A stretch of DNA of 32,885 nucleotides. It comes from a candidate division WOR-3 bacterium (GTDB lineage: Bacteria > Hydrothermota > Hydrothermia > Hydrothermales > Hydrothermaceae). The notes beneath the pieces were generated by a model. That model did not search any database. It was not told the origin of the DNA and was given only the letters and a program-made list of their open reading frames with translations. A program made the translations under genes and the position numbers. Within the stretch, counting starts at the first letter, position 1, and every line of letters starts with the position of its first letter. Of the stretch, positions 20,643 through 29,394 are shown in pieces. Location of the stretch: positions 1-32,885 of the forward strand of contig JBDRZD010000014.1 of the NCBI GenBank assembly GCA_039803745.1, in the 5' to 3' direction.

Positions 20643-21885
20643 TCTTGTAATTTTAATTTTCACTCTTGATACTTTAAGACTTGATATAAACCTTGCATAT
20701 AAAATTTCCTTAGCGAATAATTTTGGTTATAAAGAGGAAGTCGAAAGAGAAAAATTAAGTAACATCTTATTTTATAAATCCCTTTTTTCTTATATGCCAA
20801 ACTTATCTATTTCAGGAAGTTATTCTGATGTTAAAAGAGAAGATTTTATAAGTTCTCGAGAAAATTATTCTCTTACTCTTGATTTTTCACAGAATATATT
20901 TTCTCCATTGAGTTTAAGAAATATAGTTCAAAATTTTTATTCAAAAAATATTCAAAGATTTTTGAGAATAGATGAGAAGAAAAAACTCTTTTTAAATGTC
21001 CTTGATAAATATTTAGAACTTTTGAAGGCTGAAAAAATTTTGAATTTAAGGGAAAAATCTCTTAAAAGGGCTTATGAGAATTCAAAAATCTTTGAAGAAA
21101 AATATAAATTGAATGCAATTTCTAAACTTGATTATTTAAATTCAATTATAAATTTAAGAGCAAAAGAAATAGATTATAAAGAAGCGGTTAAAAATATTCA
21201 AGATAGAAAATGGGGTTTACTCCTTATACTCGGAATTAGAGAAGAAAAAATAATCTTACTTGAGGAGCCCGAATTTAAAGAAGAAAAGATCGACTACGAA
21301 TTTGAAGAACTTTTAAAAATTACTCAAGATAAAAAAGAGATAATTCTTTCTTTAAAAGAGAGTAAGAAAAGTGCCTTTTCTGATTTTTTATTCTCTTCTT
21401 TATCTTTTTTACCAGAATTTAAATGGGGTTATTATTTTACTTATCAAGATACAATATTTCCAAAAAGTTATAATTATTTGAGAGAAAATTTTGAAAAATG
21501 TAAGGGTTTTTACTTTTCTTTCAATTTTAAATTTTTTGATTACCCCTTTGATGTAGTGAAAGAGAGAAAGAATTATGAAATTCAAAAAATTTATTTAGAA
21601 AAGAATTTGTTTGAGCTATATGAAGAAATTGAAAATGCAGTTACATCTTTAAATCTTGCCAAGGAAAATATCTTGCTCTCAAATTCCTATCTTGAAGCAG
21701 CAAAGGAAGGGTATAATCTTGCAGATGCAGAATATAAAGTTGGCAAGATTTCCTATGTTGAATTTTTAAAAGCGGAGGAAAGCTTACTTGATGCAGAATT
21801 AAAGTATATTTCATCAAAATATGATTACATTAAATATAAGTATACACTTCTTTTCTTAACAGGACTTCTGGAGGAGGTAAGATGA
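20635..21885 (+). CDS. TolC-family outer membrane efflux protein
   Basis: DTL.L....A....L.NN start, P.LS.S, Y..L, Y..G.IS..E.L.A (twice); position in a MacAB operon. Confidence 0.8.
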   Translation: MNNLVILIFTLDTLRLDINLAYKISLANNFGYKEEVEREKLSNILFYKSLFSYMPNLSISGSYSDVKREDFISSRENYSLTLDFSQNIFSPLSLRNIVQNFYSKNIQRFLRIDEKKKLFLNVLDKYLELLKAEKILNLREKSLKRAYENSKIFEEKYKLNAISKLDYLNSIINLRAKEIDYKEAVKNIQDRKWGLLLILGIREEKIILLEEPEFKEEKIDYEFEELLKITQDKKEIILSLKESKKSAFSDFLFSSLSFLPEFKWGYYFTYQDTIFPKSYNYLRENFEKCKGFYFSFNFKFFDYPFDVVKERKNYEIQKIYLEKNLFELYEEIENAVTSLNLAKENILLSNSYLEAAKEGYNLADAEYKVGKISYVEFLKAEESLLDAELKYISSKYDYIKYKYTLLFLTGLLEEVR

Positions 21886-22979
21886 AAAAAATATTTATAG
21901 GTATAGGGATTTTTTTAATAATTTTAATAATGATTCTTTTAAATCTCTTTCAGGGTGAAAAAACAAAAGAGGTTGAAATTGAAATAGTGAAAAAGGGTGA
22001 AATAATTGAAACTGTTAAGTTGGATGGAAGAATAAATGCGTATAAACAAGTTGAAATCGGTTCTGATGTTATGGGCAGGATAGAAAGAATACTTGTTAAG
22101 GAAAGACAGAAAATTAAAAAAGGTGATCTCTTATGTATAATAAATCCTGAAACCTATAAGGCAAGGTTATTTGAGATTAAATCAAGGCTCTCTTCGAACC
22201 TTTCAAAATTTAATATGATAAAAAATGAATATGAAAGGGCAAAGGAACTTTTTTTAAAAGATTTAATATCAAAAAGTGAATTTGAGAAAGCAGAATCAGA
22301 ATATCTATCAATGAAGGAAAGTTTAAAATCAGATAGTTTTGTTTTAAAAGAGGCTGAAGAAGATTTAAGAAAGTGTTATATAAGATCACCAATTGATGGA
22401 GAAGTTTTGAGAATAGATAAAGAAGAGGGTGAAATGGTTGTTGTTGGTTTAAATGTCCCGGGAAATGTTATAATGGTTGTAGCAAATAGAGAAACTCTCA
22501 TTCTTGAAGGTGAAGTGGATGAAGGTGATATTGTTAAAATTGAAAAGGGTGATAGTGCAGATGTAAAAGTTACTGCACTTCCAGAGAAAAAATTTAAGGG
22601 TATTGTAAAGAGTGTTGGTGGGTTACCAACTATGAGTTCAATTTCTGAAGGTGGTGCCCTTTTCCCTGTTAGAATCTTGCTCCTTGGAAATGATCCCCTT
22701 TTAACCCCTGGTATGAATGCATCCTGTGAGATTATAACAAATAAGAAAAAAGATGTTTTAATACTCCCTTATTCTGCAATTGGTAAGGAAAAAGACAAAT
22801 ATTTTGTATTTATAAAAAGTAAAGGGAAAGCAGAAAAAAGATTTATTTCAATAGGGATTCAGGGTAAGGAAAATGTAGAAATAATAGAGGGTATTGTAGA
22901 GGGTGATAGTGTGATTAAAGGACCACAAAAGGTTTTAAATTTACTAAAAGAAGGGGAAAGAGTTAAAGAAAAGAAATGA
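21882..22979 (+). CDS. Efflux periplasmic adaptor subunit (MacA/HlyD family)
   Basis: N-terminal TM, V.I.S.V.G.I....VKE.Q..KKGD, I.SPIDG.V, VDE.DI, L.PGM.A, LP..A. Confidence 0.92.
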   Translation: MKKIFIGIGIFLIILIMILLNLFQGEKTKEVEIEIVKKGEIIETVKLDGRINAYKQVEIGSDVMGRIERILVKERQKIKKGDLLCIINPETYKARLFEIKSRLSSNLSKFNMIKNEYERAKELFLKDLISKSEFEKAESEYLSMKESLKSDSFVLKEAEEDLRKCYIRSPIDGEVLRIDKEEGEMVVVGLNVPGNVIMVVANRETLILEGEVDEGDIVKIEKGDSADVKVTALPEKKFKGIVKSVGGLPTMSSISEGGALFPVRILLLGNDPLLTPGMNASCEIITNKKKDVLILPYSAIGKEKDKYFVFIKSKGKAEKRFISIGIQGKENVEIIEGIVEGDSVIKGPQKVLNLLKEGERVKEKK

Positions 22980-23641
22980 TTTTAGAACTTATAGATGTTC
23001 ATAAAATATATAAAATTGATAAAATTGAAGTTCATGCCTTAAGGGGTATAAATCTTAAAGTTAAAAAAGGTGATTACATTGCTTTAATGGGGCCTTCCGG
23101 CTCTGGAAAAAGCACACTTTTAAATATAATAGGTTTTCTTGATATTCCAACAAAGGGTAAATATTTTTTTGAAGGTAAAGAAGTGAGTAATTTTGATGAA
23201 GATACCCTTGCAAAAATAAGGAATAAAAAGATCGGTTTTGTTTTCCAGACTTTCAATTTGATTCCAAGATTGAATGCAATTCAGAATGTTGAGCTCCCTT
23301 TAATTTATGCAGGTGTTCCAAAAAAAGAAAGAAGGGAAAAAGCACTTTTTGTTTTAGAGAAAGTTGGTCTTTTAGAAAGAAGATTTCATAAGCCAACAGA
23401 ACTTTCAGGTGGAGAAAATCAGAGGGTTGCAATTGCAAGGGCACTTATAGGAGGAGCAGATTTAATCCTGGCAGACGAACCAACAGGTAATCTTGATACA
23501 AAAACGGGTGAAGAAATAATGAATATTTTTGATAAATTAAATGAAGAAGGTAAAACAATAATTGTTGTAACTCATTCAAAGGATGTTGCAAAACATGCGA
23601 AGAAAATTTATAATATGAAAGATGGTTTAATCTTTGAATAA
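22976..23641 (+). CDS. ABC transporter ATP-binding protein (LolD/MacB type)
   Basis: Walker A GPSGSGKST, GFVFQ, LSGGE.QRVAIARAL, LADEPTGNLD, VTH. Confidence 0.96.
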   Translation: MILELIDVHKIYKIDKIEVHALRGINLKVKKGDYIALMGPSGSGKSTLLNIIGFLDIPTKGKYFFEGKEVSNFDEDTLAKIRNKKIGFVFQTFNLIPRLNAIQNVELPLIYAGVPKKERREKALFVLEKVGLLERRFHKPTELSGGENQRVAIARALIGGADLILADEPTGNLDTKTGEEIMNIFDKLNEEGKTIIVVTHSKDVAKHAKKIYNMKDGLIFE

Positions 23642-23663
23642 ATCCCTTTCTTTCCTTTATAAT
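23634..23663 (+). promoter_or_regulatory. sigma70-type promoter for tRNA-Thr and downstream genes
   Basis: TTGAAT (23634-23639), 18-nt spacer, TATAAT (23658-23663), ending 14 nt before the tRNA. Confidence 0.6.
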
Positions 23664-23677
23664 AATATATTAACGAT

Positions 23678-23750
23678 GCCCACGTAGCTCAGTTGGCAGA
23701 GCATTACCTTGGTAAGGTAAAGGTCGGCGGTTCAATTCCGCCCGTGGGCT
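23678..23750 (+). tRNA. tRNA-Thr(GGT), CCA not encoded
   Basis: Acceptor GCCCACG/CGTGGGC, D-arm GCTC..GAGC, anticodon arm TTACC-TTGGTAA-GGTAA, T-arm GGCGG-TTCAATT-CCGCC; 73 nt followed by TTT. Confidence 0.97.
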
Positions 23751-23761
23751 TTTAAATTTTT

Positions 23762-24838
23762 ATGGAAATTATAAGAAACTCAGAGATAGAGAAGATTTCG
23801 GAAATAATTAAAAAAGGAGGAGTAATAGTTTTTCCAACAGATACAGTTATGGGGATTGGAACATATTTTTTAAACATTCAAGGTCAAAAAAAAATTTATC
23901 ATTTAAAAAAAAGGAAACTTGAAAAACCCCTTGTTATCTTTATAAGAGATAGAAATGAATTAAAAAAATTTGTTGCTCATAAAAAACTTGGAATTCTAAG
24001 AGAGAAAATAATACAGAATTTCTGGCCAGGCCCTTTAACATGCATATTTAAATCAAAAATAAAGGGAGGATTTTTATGGATAGCAAAAAATGGAACCGTT
24101 GGGGTAAGAATACCAAATCATCCCCTAATCCTTGAAATTCTTGAAAAGACAGGCCCTCTTGCAACAACTTCTGCAAATATTTCAGAAAACCCACCGGTTA
24201 AATCTTATAAAAAAATTGACCCTTTTATTAAAAGGGAAATAGGCTATCTAATTCCTGAAAATTCTTATGGTTTTCCACCTTCCACTGTTATTGATTTATC
24301 AGAATATCCATTTAAGATTTTGAGAAAAGGACCTGTAAGTATTGCTGCAATTGAAGAATTAATTTTAAGGAAAGTAAAGATTGATAAAAGTATTTCTCTC
24401 AATATTCTTTTTGTATGCTCTGGAAATACATGCAGGTCACCAATGGCGGCAGGACTTTTAAGAAAATATTTGCCCTATTATTTGAGAAAAAATGTAAAGA
24501 TAAAATCAAGAGGGGTAAATGCAGTTCCTTTAACACCTATAAGTGAGAATGCTAAAAGAGTTTTAGAAGAGATTGGAATAGACCTTTCTTTCCATAAGGC
24601 AAAGAATATTGATGTAGATACACTTGAATGGGCTGATTTTATATATGTGATGGAAAGAAGGCATTTTATGGAAATTTCAAAATATGGATTTTCTGAGAAA
24701 ATAAGACTTATTTCAAATGAAATGGAAATACCCGATCCTTTTGGTGGAGGAATTGATGAATATAGAAAAGTTTTGAAACTCCTTGAAAAGCCAGTTAAAA
24801 AAATAATTAAAGAGATAGAATGGAGATATGAGGTATAA
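23762..24838 (+). CDS. Fusion of threonylcarbamoyl-AMP synthase (TsaC/Sua5/YrdC) and a low-molecular-weight protein phosphatase (YwlE-like)
   Basis: FPTDTV.G, K.R...KPL, WPGPLT, VRIP, TTSAN.S, STVID; then ILFVCSGNTCRSPMA, WAD....M, IPDP.G. Confidence 0.9.
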   Translation: MEIIRNSEIEKISEIIKKGGVIVFPTDTVMGIGTYFLNIQGQKKIYHLKKRKLEKPLVIFIRDRNELKKFVAHKKLGILREKIIQNFWPGPLTCIFKSKIKGGFLWIAKNGTVGVRIPNHPLILEILEKTGPLATTSANISENPPVKSYKKIDPFIKREIGYLIPENSYGFPPSTVIDLSEYPFKILRKGPVSIAAIEELILRKVKIDKSISLNILFVCSGNTCRSPMAAGLLRKYLPYYLRKNVKIKSRGVNAVPLTPISENAKRVLEEIGIDLSFHKAKNIDVDTLEWADFIYVMERRHFMEISKYGFSEKIRLISNEMEIPDPFGGGIDEYRKVLKLLEKPVKKIIKEIEWRYEV

Positions 24839-25817
24839 AGAAGCAGGAGTTGATATTGATTATGCTGATTTTATCAAGAAAAGAATAAAAAAATTTATTC
24901 CTGAAATTTCAAAGGGAAGATTTGCAGGAATTTATAAAATAAATAAAGACAATTATCTTGCTGCAACTGTGGACGGTGTTGGAACAAAGTTGATTCTTGC
25001 AAAGGAGATTGGATACTTAGAAGGAATTGGTATTGATATTGTTAATCACTGTGTTAATGACCTTTTATGTGTAGGTGCAAGACCCTTATTTTTCCTTGAT
25101 TATATTGCTTCCTCAAATCTTAAAGAAATTGAAATTTATGAAATTATAAAAGGAATTGATAAAGCATTAAAGGAGCATGATGCTTTTTTAATTGGTGGTG
25201 AGACTGCCGAAATGCCCGATATCTATAATAAGAGTATGTTTGACCTTGTTGGATGCATGATAGGAATTTTAAAAAAGGAAAATATTATTCCAAAGAAATT
25301 AAAAGAAGGAGATTTAATATATGGAATCTCTTCTTCTGGTTTGCATACCAATGGTTTTTCCCTTGTAAGAAAAATTATAAAAGATAAAAATATTTCTCTT
25401 GAAACAAAAATTGGAAATAAAAAACTTAAAAATCTTTTGCTTATTCCCCATAGAAGTTATTTTAAAATCCTTTATCCATTAATTATAAAAAATAGAATTA
25501 AGGCATGTGTCCATATAACAGGTGGTGGTTTTGAAGGGAATATTAAAAGGGTTCTTGATGAAGGATTATCTGCTGAAATTGATTTTAAAGATTTTGAAGT
25601 GCCAGAAATATTTAAATTTATTCAAGAAATGGGTGAGGTTCCTGAGGAGGAAATGTTCAAAGTTTTTAATATGGGAATAGGTATGATAATTATTTTTTCA
25701 AAAAAAGATGAGGATTATATTAAAAAATATTTTAAAAAATTGAATGAGCCAATTTATTTTCTTGGCGTAATAAAAAAATTTTATGGTAAAAAGGTAAAAA
25801 TATACTACAGGAGGTGA
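24828..25817 (+). CDS. purM: Phosphoribosylformylglycinamidine cyclo-ligase (AIR synthetase)
   Basis: [50 protein letters not shown]. Confidence 0.96.
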   Translation: MRYKEAGVDIDYADFIKKRIKKFIPEISKGRFAGIYKINKDNYLAATVDGVGTKLILAKEIGYLEGIGIDIVNHCVNDLLCVGARPLFFLDYIASSNLKEIEIYEIIKGIDKALKEHDAFLIGGETAEMPDIYNKSMFDLVGCMIGILKKENIIPKKLKEGDLIYGISSSGLHTNGFSLVRKIIKDKNISLETKIGNKKLKNLLLIPHRSYFKILYPLIIKNRIKACVHITGGGFEGNIKRVLDEGLSAEIDFKDFEVPEIFKFIQEMGEVPEEEMFKVFNMGIGMIIIFSKKDEDYIKKYFKKLNEPIYFLGVIKKFYGKKVKIYYRR

Positions 25818-28240
25818 AAATGCCTGAAAGAATAGAAAATGTTTATATAGAAGATGAAATGAGGACAAGTTATATAGACTATGCAATGAGTGTTATAGTT
25901 GGAAGAGCACTTCCTGATGTAAGAGATGGATTAAAGCCTGTTCACAGAAGAATTCTTTATGCAATGCTTGAAATTGGTTTAACTCCTGATAAACCGTTTA
26001 AGAAATGTGCAAATGTTGTTGGGGAAGTTCTTGGTAAGTATCATCCTCATGGTGACATGGCTGTTTATGATGCACTTGTAAGGATGGCTCAGGATTTTTC
26101 ATTAAGATACCCTTTAATTATAGGACAGGGTAATTTTGGTTCTATTGATGGTGATCCACCTGCTGCTTACAGGTATACTGAAGCAAAGCTCTCACCATTT
26201 GCTGTTCTAATGCTTGAGGACATTGATAAAGAGACTGTTGATTTTGTTCCAAATTTTGATGGCAAATTAAAGGAGCCAGTAGTTTTACCTTCAAAGTTTC
26301 CAAATTTAATTGTAAATGGTTCATCGGGAATTGCAGTTGGAATGGCAACAAATATACCTCCCCATAATCTTAAAGAGGTTGTAAATGCTTTAATTTCAAT
26401 TATTGATAACCCTGAAATTCCTGATGAAAAATTGCTTGATTTTATAAAAGGTCCTGATTTTCCTACAGGTGGAATTATCCTTGGTAAAGAAGGAATAAAA
26501 GAGGCATATTTAACAGGTAAAGGTAGAATAGTTTTAAGGGGGAAAGTGGAAATTGAAGAGGGTGCGCATGGTCATAAAAAAATAATTATCACAGAGATAC
26601 CATACCAGGTGAACAAAGCTCTTCTTGTGGAAAGGATTGCAGATCTTGTGAGAGAAAAAAAGATAGAAGGGATAGCAGATTTGAGGGATGAGTCTGATAG
26701 AGATGGAATTAGAGTTGTTATAGAACTCAAAAGGGGAGTAAATGAAGAGGTAGTTGTAAATTTACTTTATAAACTTACACCTCTTGAAACATCTTTTGGT
26801 GTAATAATGCTTGCTTTGAGTGATAATGAGCCGAAGATTTTGACCCTTAAAGAAATGCTTTCCCTTTATTTAAAACACAGAGAGGAGGTTACAAGAAGAA
26901 AGATTTCTTTTTTACTTAAAAGGGCAGAGGAGAGGGCTCATATTTTAGAAGGGTTTAAAATAGCAATTGCAAATATTGATAAAGTTATAAATATTATAAA
27001 GAAATCAGGTGAGCCAAAAGAGGCAAAATTATCTCTTATGAAGGAATTCAAACTCACAGATAAACAGAGTCAGGCTATTCTTGAAATGAAACTTCAAAAT
27101 CTTACAAGACTTGAAAGAGAAAAAATTGAAGAGGAATATGCTTTGCTTATAAAAGATATAGAAAAATACAGGTCTATTTTAAAAAGCAAAAAACTTTTAA
27201 TGGAAATAATTAAAAATGAACTTAAAGAAATTGCTGAAAAATATGGAGACGAAAGAAAAACAGAGATATTGGAAAAAGAGCCAGAAGAAATTGATATTGA
27301 AGATTTGATTCAAAGGGAGAGAATAACCGTTATTTTAACAGAATCAGGATTCATAAAAAGAGTTCCTGCTTCTTCAATAAGACTTCAGAAAAAAGGAGGG
27401 ATAGGAGCAAGTTTATTTTTATATGAAGGAGATTTTCCAAAGGTAATTTTTACATGTGATACCCATGATCATATCCTTTTCTTTACGCAAAGAGGAAAGG
27501 TTTATTCTATAAGGGGATTTGATCTACCAGAAGGAAGTCTTCAAAGTAAGGGTAAACATATAAGTTCATTTTTTCTTTTAAACAAAGATGAAAAAATCGT
27601 TGATATGGTCTCTATTTCTGAATGGAATGAAGATGAGTATATCTTCTTTATAACAAAGATGGGCACTATAAAAAAGACCAGTCTCTCAGAATTTAAAAAT
27701 GCAGGTAAAAGGGGGATTATAGGAATTACGTTGCCTGAGGCTGATGAACTTATTGATGTTTTAAAAGTAAGAGAGAAGGATGAAATCGTGTTTGTAAAGA
27801 ATTCAGGGCTTGGAATAAAGATAAATTCTTCTGAAATAAGACCAATGGGAAGAAATGCCTATGGTGTTAGGGGTATAAGAGTAGAAAAAGGTGAAGAGGT
27901 GGTAAGGGGTGCTCTTGTAAAAGAAGGAGAGGAAATTATTTCCTTAACTTCAAAGGGATTTGGGAAAAGATTTGATCCTGGTGAAATTAGGGTTACCCAT
28001 AGGGGTGGTAAGGGTATTCTCTTACATAAAGTAAGTGAGATTACAGGAAAAGTTGCTTGGATAAAATCTGCTCCAAAAGAAGGTGAGGTTGTTTTGATGA
28101 CAAAAGAAGGTAATATTTTAAAGATTAAGATTTCAAACATAAAAAAATTAAAGAGAAATGCAAAAGGTGTAAGACTTATCAAATTAAAAGGAGAAGATTT
28201 TGTTGTTGATGCATGTGTTGTAAAGAAGGAGGAAGAATGA
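25814..28240 (+). CDS. gyrA: DNA gyrase subunit A
   Basis: [29 protein letters not shown] (catalytic Tyr), [14 protein letters not shown], GyrA-box-like QKKGGIG and beta-pinwheel repeats. Confidence 0.95.
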   Translation: MKMPERIENVYIEDEMRTSYIDYAMSVIVGRALPDVRDGLKPVHRRILYAMLEIGLTPDKPFKKCANVVGEVLGKYHPHGDMAVYDALVRMAQDFSLRYPLIIGQGNFGSIDGDPPAAYRYTEAKLSPFAVLMLEDIDKETVDFVPNFDGKLKEPVVLPSKFPNLIVNGSSGIAVGMATNIPPHNLKEVVNALISIIDNPEIPDEKLLDFIKGPDFPTGGIILGKEGIKEAYLTGKGRIVLRGKVEIEEGAHGHKKIIITEIPYQVNKALLVERIADLVREKKIEGIADLRDESDRDGIRVVIELKRGVNEEVVVNLLYKLTPLETSFGVIMLALSDNEPKILTLKEMLSLYLKHREEVTRRKISFLLKRAEERAHILEGFKIAIANIDKVINIIKKSGEPKEAKLSLMKEFKLTDKQSQAILEMKLQNLTRLEREKIEEEYALLIKDIEKYRSILKSKKLLMEIIKNELKEIAEKYGDERKTEILEKEPEEIDIEDLIQRERITVILTESGFIKRVPASSIRLQKKGGIGASLFLYEGDFPKVIFTCDTHDHILFFTQRGKVYSIRGFDLPEGSLQSKGKHISSFFLLNKDEKIVDMVSISEWNEDEYIFFITKMGTIKKTSLSEFKNAGKRGIIGITLPEADELIDVLKVREKDEIVFVKNSGLGIKINSSEIRPMGRNAYGVRGIRVEKGEEVVRGALVKEGEEIISLTSKGFGKRFDPGEIRVTHRGGKGILLHKVSEITGKVAWIKSAPKEGEVVLMTKEGNILKIKISNIKKLKRNAKGVRLIKLKGEDFVVDACVVKKEEE

Positions 28241-28842
28241 AGATTTTTCTTCTTGTAAATCTTGTATTTAAAAACCCTTTTATATACGCAGGATTTTCAG
28301 GTATAATTCCAGGAAGCGGAACTTATATTTTAAATGAAAAAGAAATTGCCAAAATTTTCTTTTTTTCTGAAAGCATTTTTTTATTTTCTTACTTTATTTC
28401 AAATAGGACAATTGAAAATACTATCTCAAGTTATAAATCCTTTGCTAAAATTTATGCATATGCAAATCCTTATATAAAAGATGAGGACTATTGGATAAAT
28501 GTTGAAAATTTTTATTCCTATGACGATTACATTGAATATTTAAGAAGGAAAGCAAGGGCTATATATCCAGATGATAAAAATTTGCAGAATGAATATGTTG
28601 AAAAGCATAAATTGGAATATAAATGGAGTTGGGAAAGCAGAGATAGATGGATAAAATTTATGAATTTAAGGGAAAGGGAAAGAAAGGTTGAACAGATTAA
28701 AAATTTAGTTTTTCTTGGTATTGTTATAAACCATTTTGCCTCATTCCTGCAAACATATTTTATGGCACAATCAAAAATAAAGGAAACAAAATTTGGAATA
28801 AAATTTGAAAGAGAAAAAATATTTTTGGAGTATAAATTTTAA
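28237..28842 (+). CDS. Hypothetical membrane/envelope protein (S.I.PG.G..Y motif, DUF5683-like)
   Basis: The likely start is ATG 28237 (ATGA overlap with the gyrA stop, AGGAGG upstream) rather than 28213. Contains KNP.....S.IIPG.G.Y and W.W motifs. Confidence 0.6.
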   Translation: MKIFLLVNLVFKNPFIYAGFSGIIPGSGTYILNEKEIAKIFFFSESIFLFSYFISNRTIENTISSYKSFAKIYAYANPYIKDEDYWINVENFYSYDDYIEYLRRKARAIYPDDKNLQNEYVEKHKLEYKWSWESRDRWIKFMNLRERERKVEQIKNLVFLGIVINHFASFLQTYFMAQSKIKETKFGIKFEREKIFLEYKF

Positions 28843-28845
28843 GAA

Positions 28846-29394
28846 TTATTTTTTCTTTCTTATGATTGCAATGTATTGATTTAAACCCAAAGGAGTCGGC
28901 TCTTTTTCAACTTCAGCCCACTCAGACATCTTTTCAAATATTTTATAGAATATTTCCTTACCCTTTTCAAACATCATCCTCTCCCTTCCCTTAAAGAATA
29001 TCCTTATTTTTACCTTATTCCCTTCTTCAATAAATTCTTTTACCTTTTTTAGTTTAATTTCAACATCATGTAATGAAGTTGTTGGTCTGAACGATATTTC
29101 CTTTACTTCACCACCCTGAACCTTTTTCTCCTTTTTTTCCTTTTTCTTCATTTCATATTTAAATTTACCATAATCTACTATTTTGCAAACAGGAGGGTTT
29201 TGATTTGGTGCAATCTCTACAAGATCAAGTTCTTTTGAATAGGCAAGTTCTAAAGCGGAATTTATGTCCATTATGCCAAGGTGTCTTCCTTCTTCATCAA
29301 TAACCCTTACCTCTCTTGCATTTATTCTTTCATTTACTCTATATGGTTCTGGTTCCCTTTTTACAGGCCCTCTAAAAAATTTTTTCTTACCCAT
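28846..29394 (-). CDS. infC: Translation initiation factor IF-3
   Basis: NERI.A.EVRVI, LDLVEIAP...PPVCKI.DYGKFKYE, KEI.F, G.KVK....F.GRE. Confidence 0.97.
   Translation of the reverse strand: MGKKKFFRGPVKREPEPYRVNERINAREVRVIDEEGRHLGIMDINSALELAYSKELDLVEIAPNQNPPVCKIVDYGKFKYEMKKKEKKEKKVQGGEVKEISFRPTTSLHDVEIKLKKVKEFIEEGNKVKIRIFFKGRERMMFEKGKEIFYKIFEKMSEWAEVEKEPTPLGLNQYIAIIRKKK

Noticed and set aside
23678..23761. tRNA as an integration site of a genomic island
   Set aside because: No integrase and no duplicated tRNA 3' end; the flanking genes are housekeeping.
23886..23912. A8-A9 homopolymer tracts as phase-variation sites (also near 4787 and 30583)
   Set aside because: Expected in Lys-rich AT-rich coding DNA; reading frames are intact.
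28213..28236. Longer start for the hypothetical ORF (MCCKEGGR)
   Set aside because: It lies inside gyrA; the ATG at 28237 has an RBS and an ATGA overlap.
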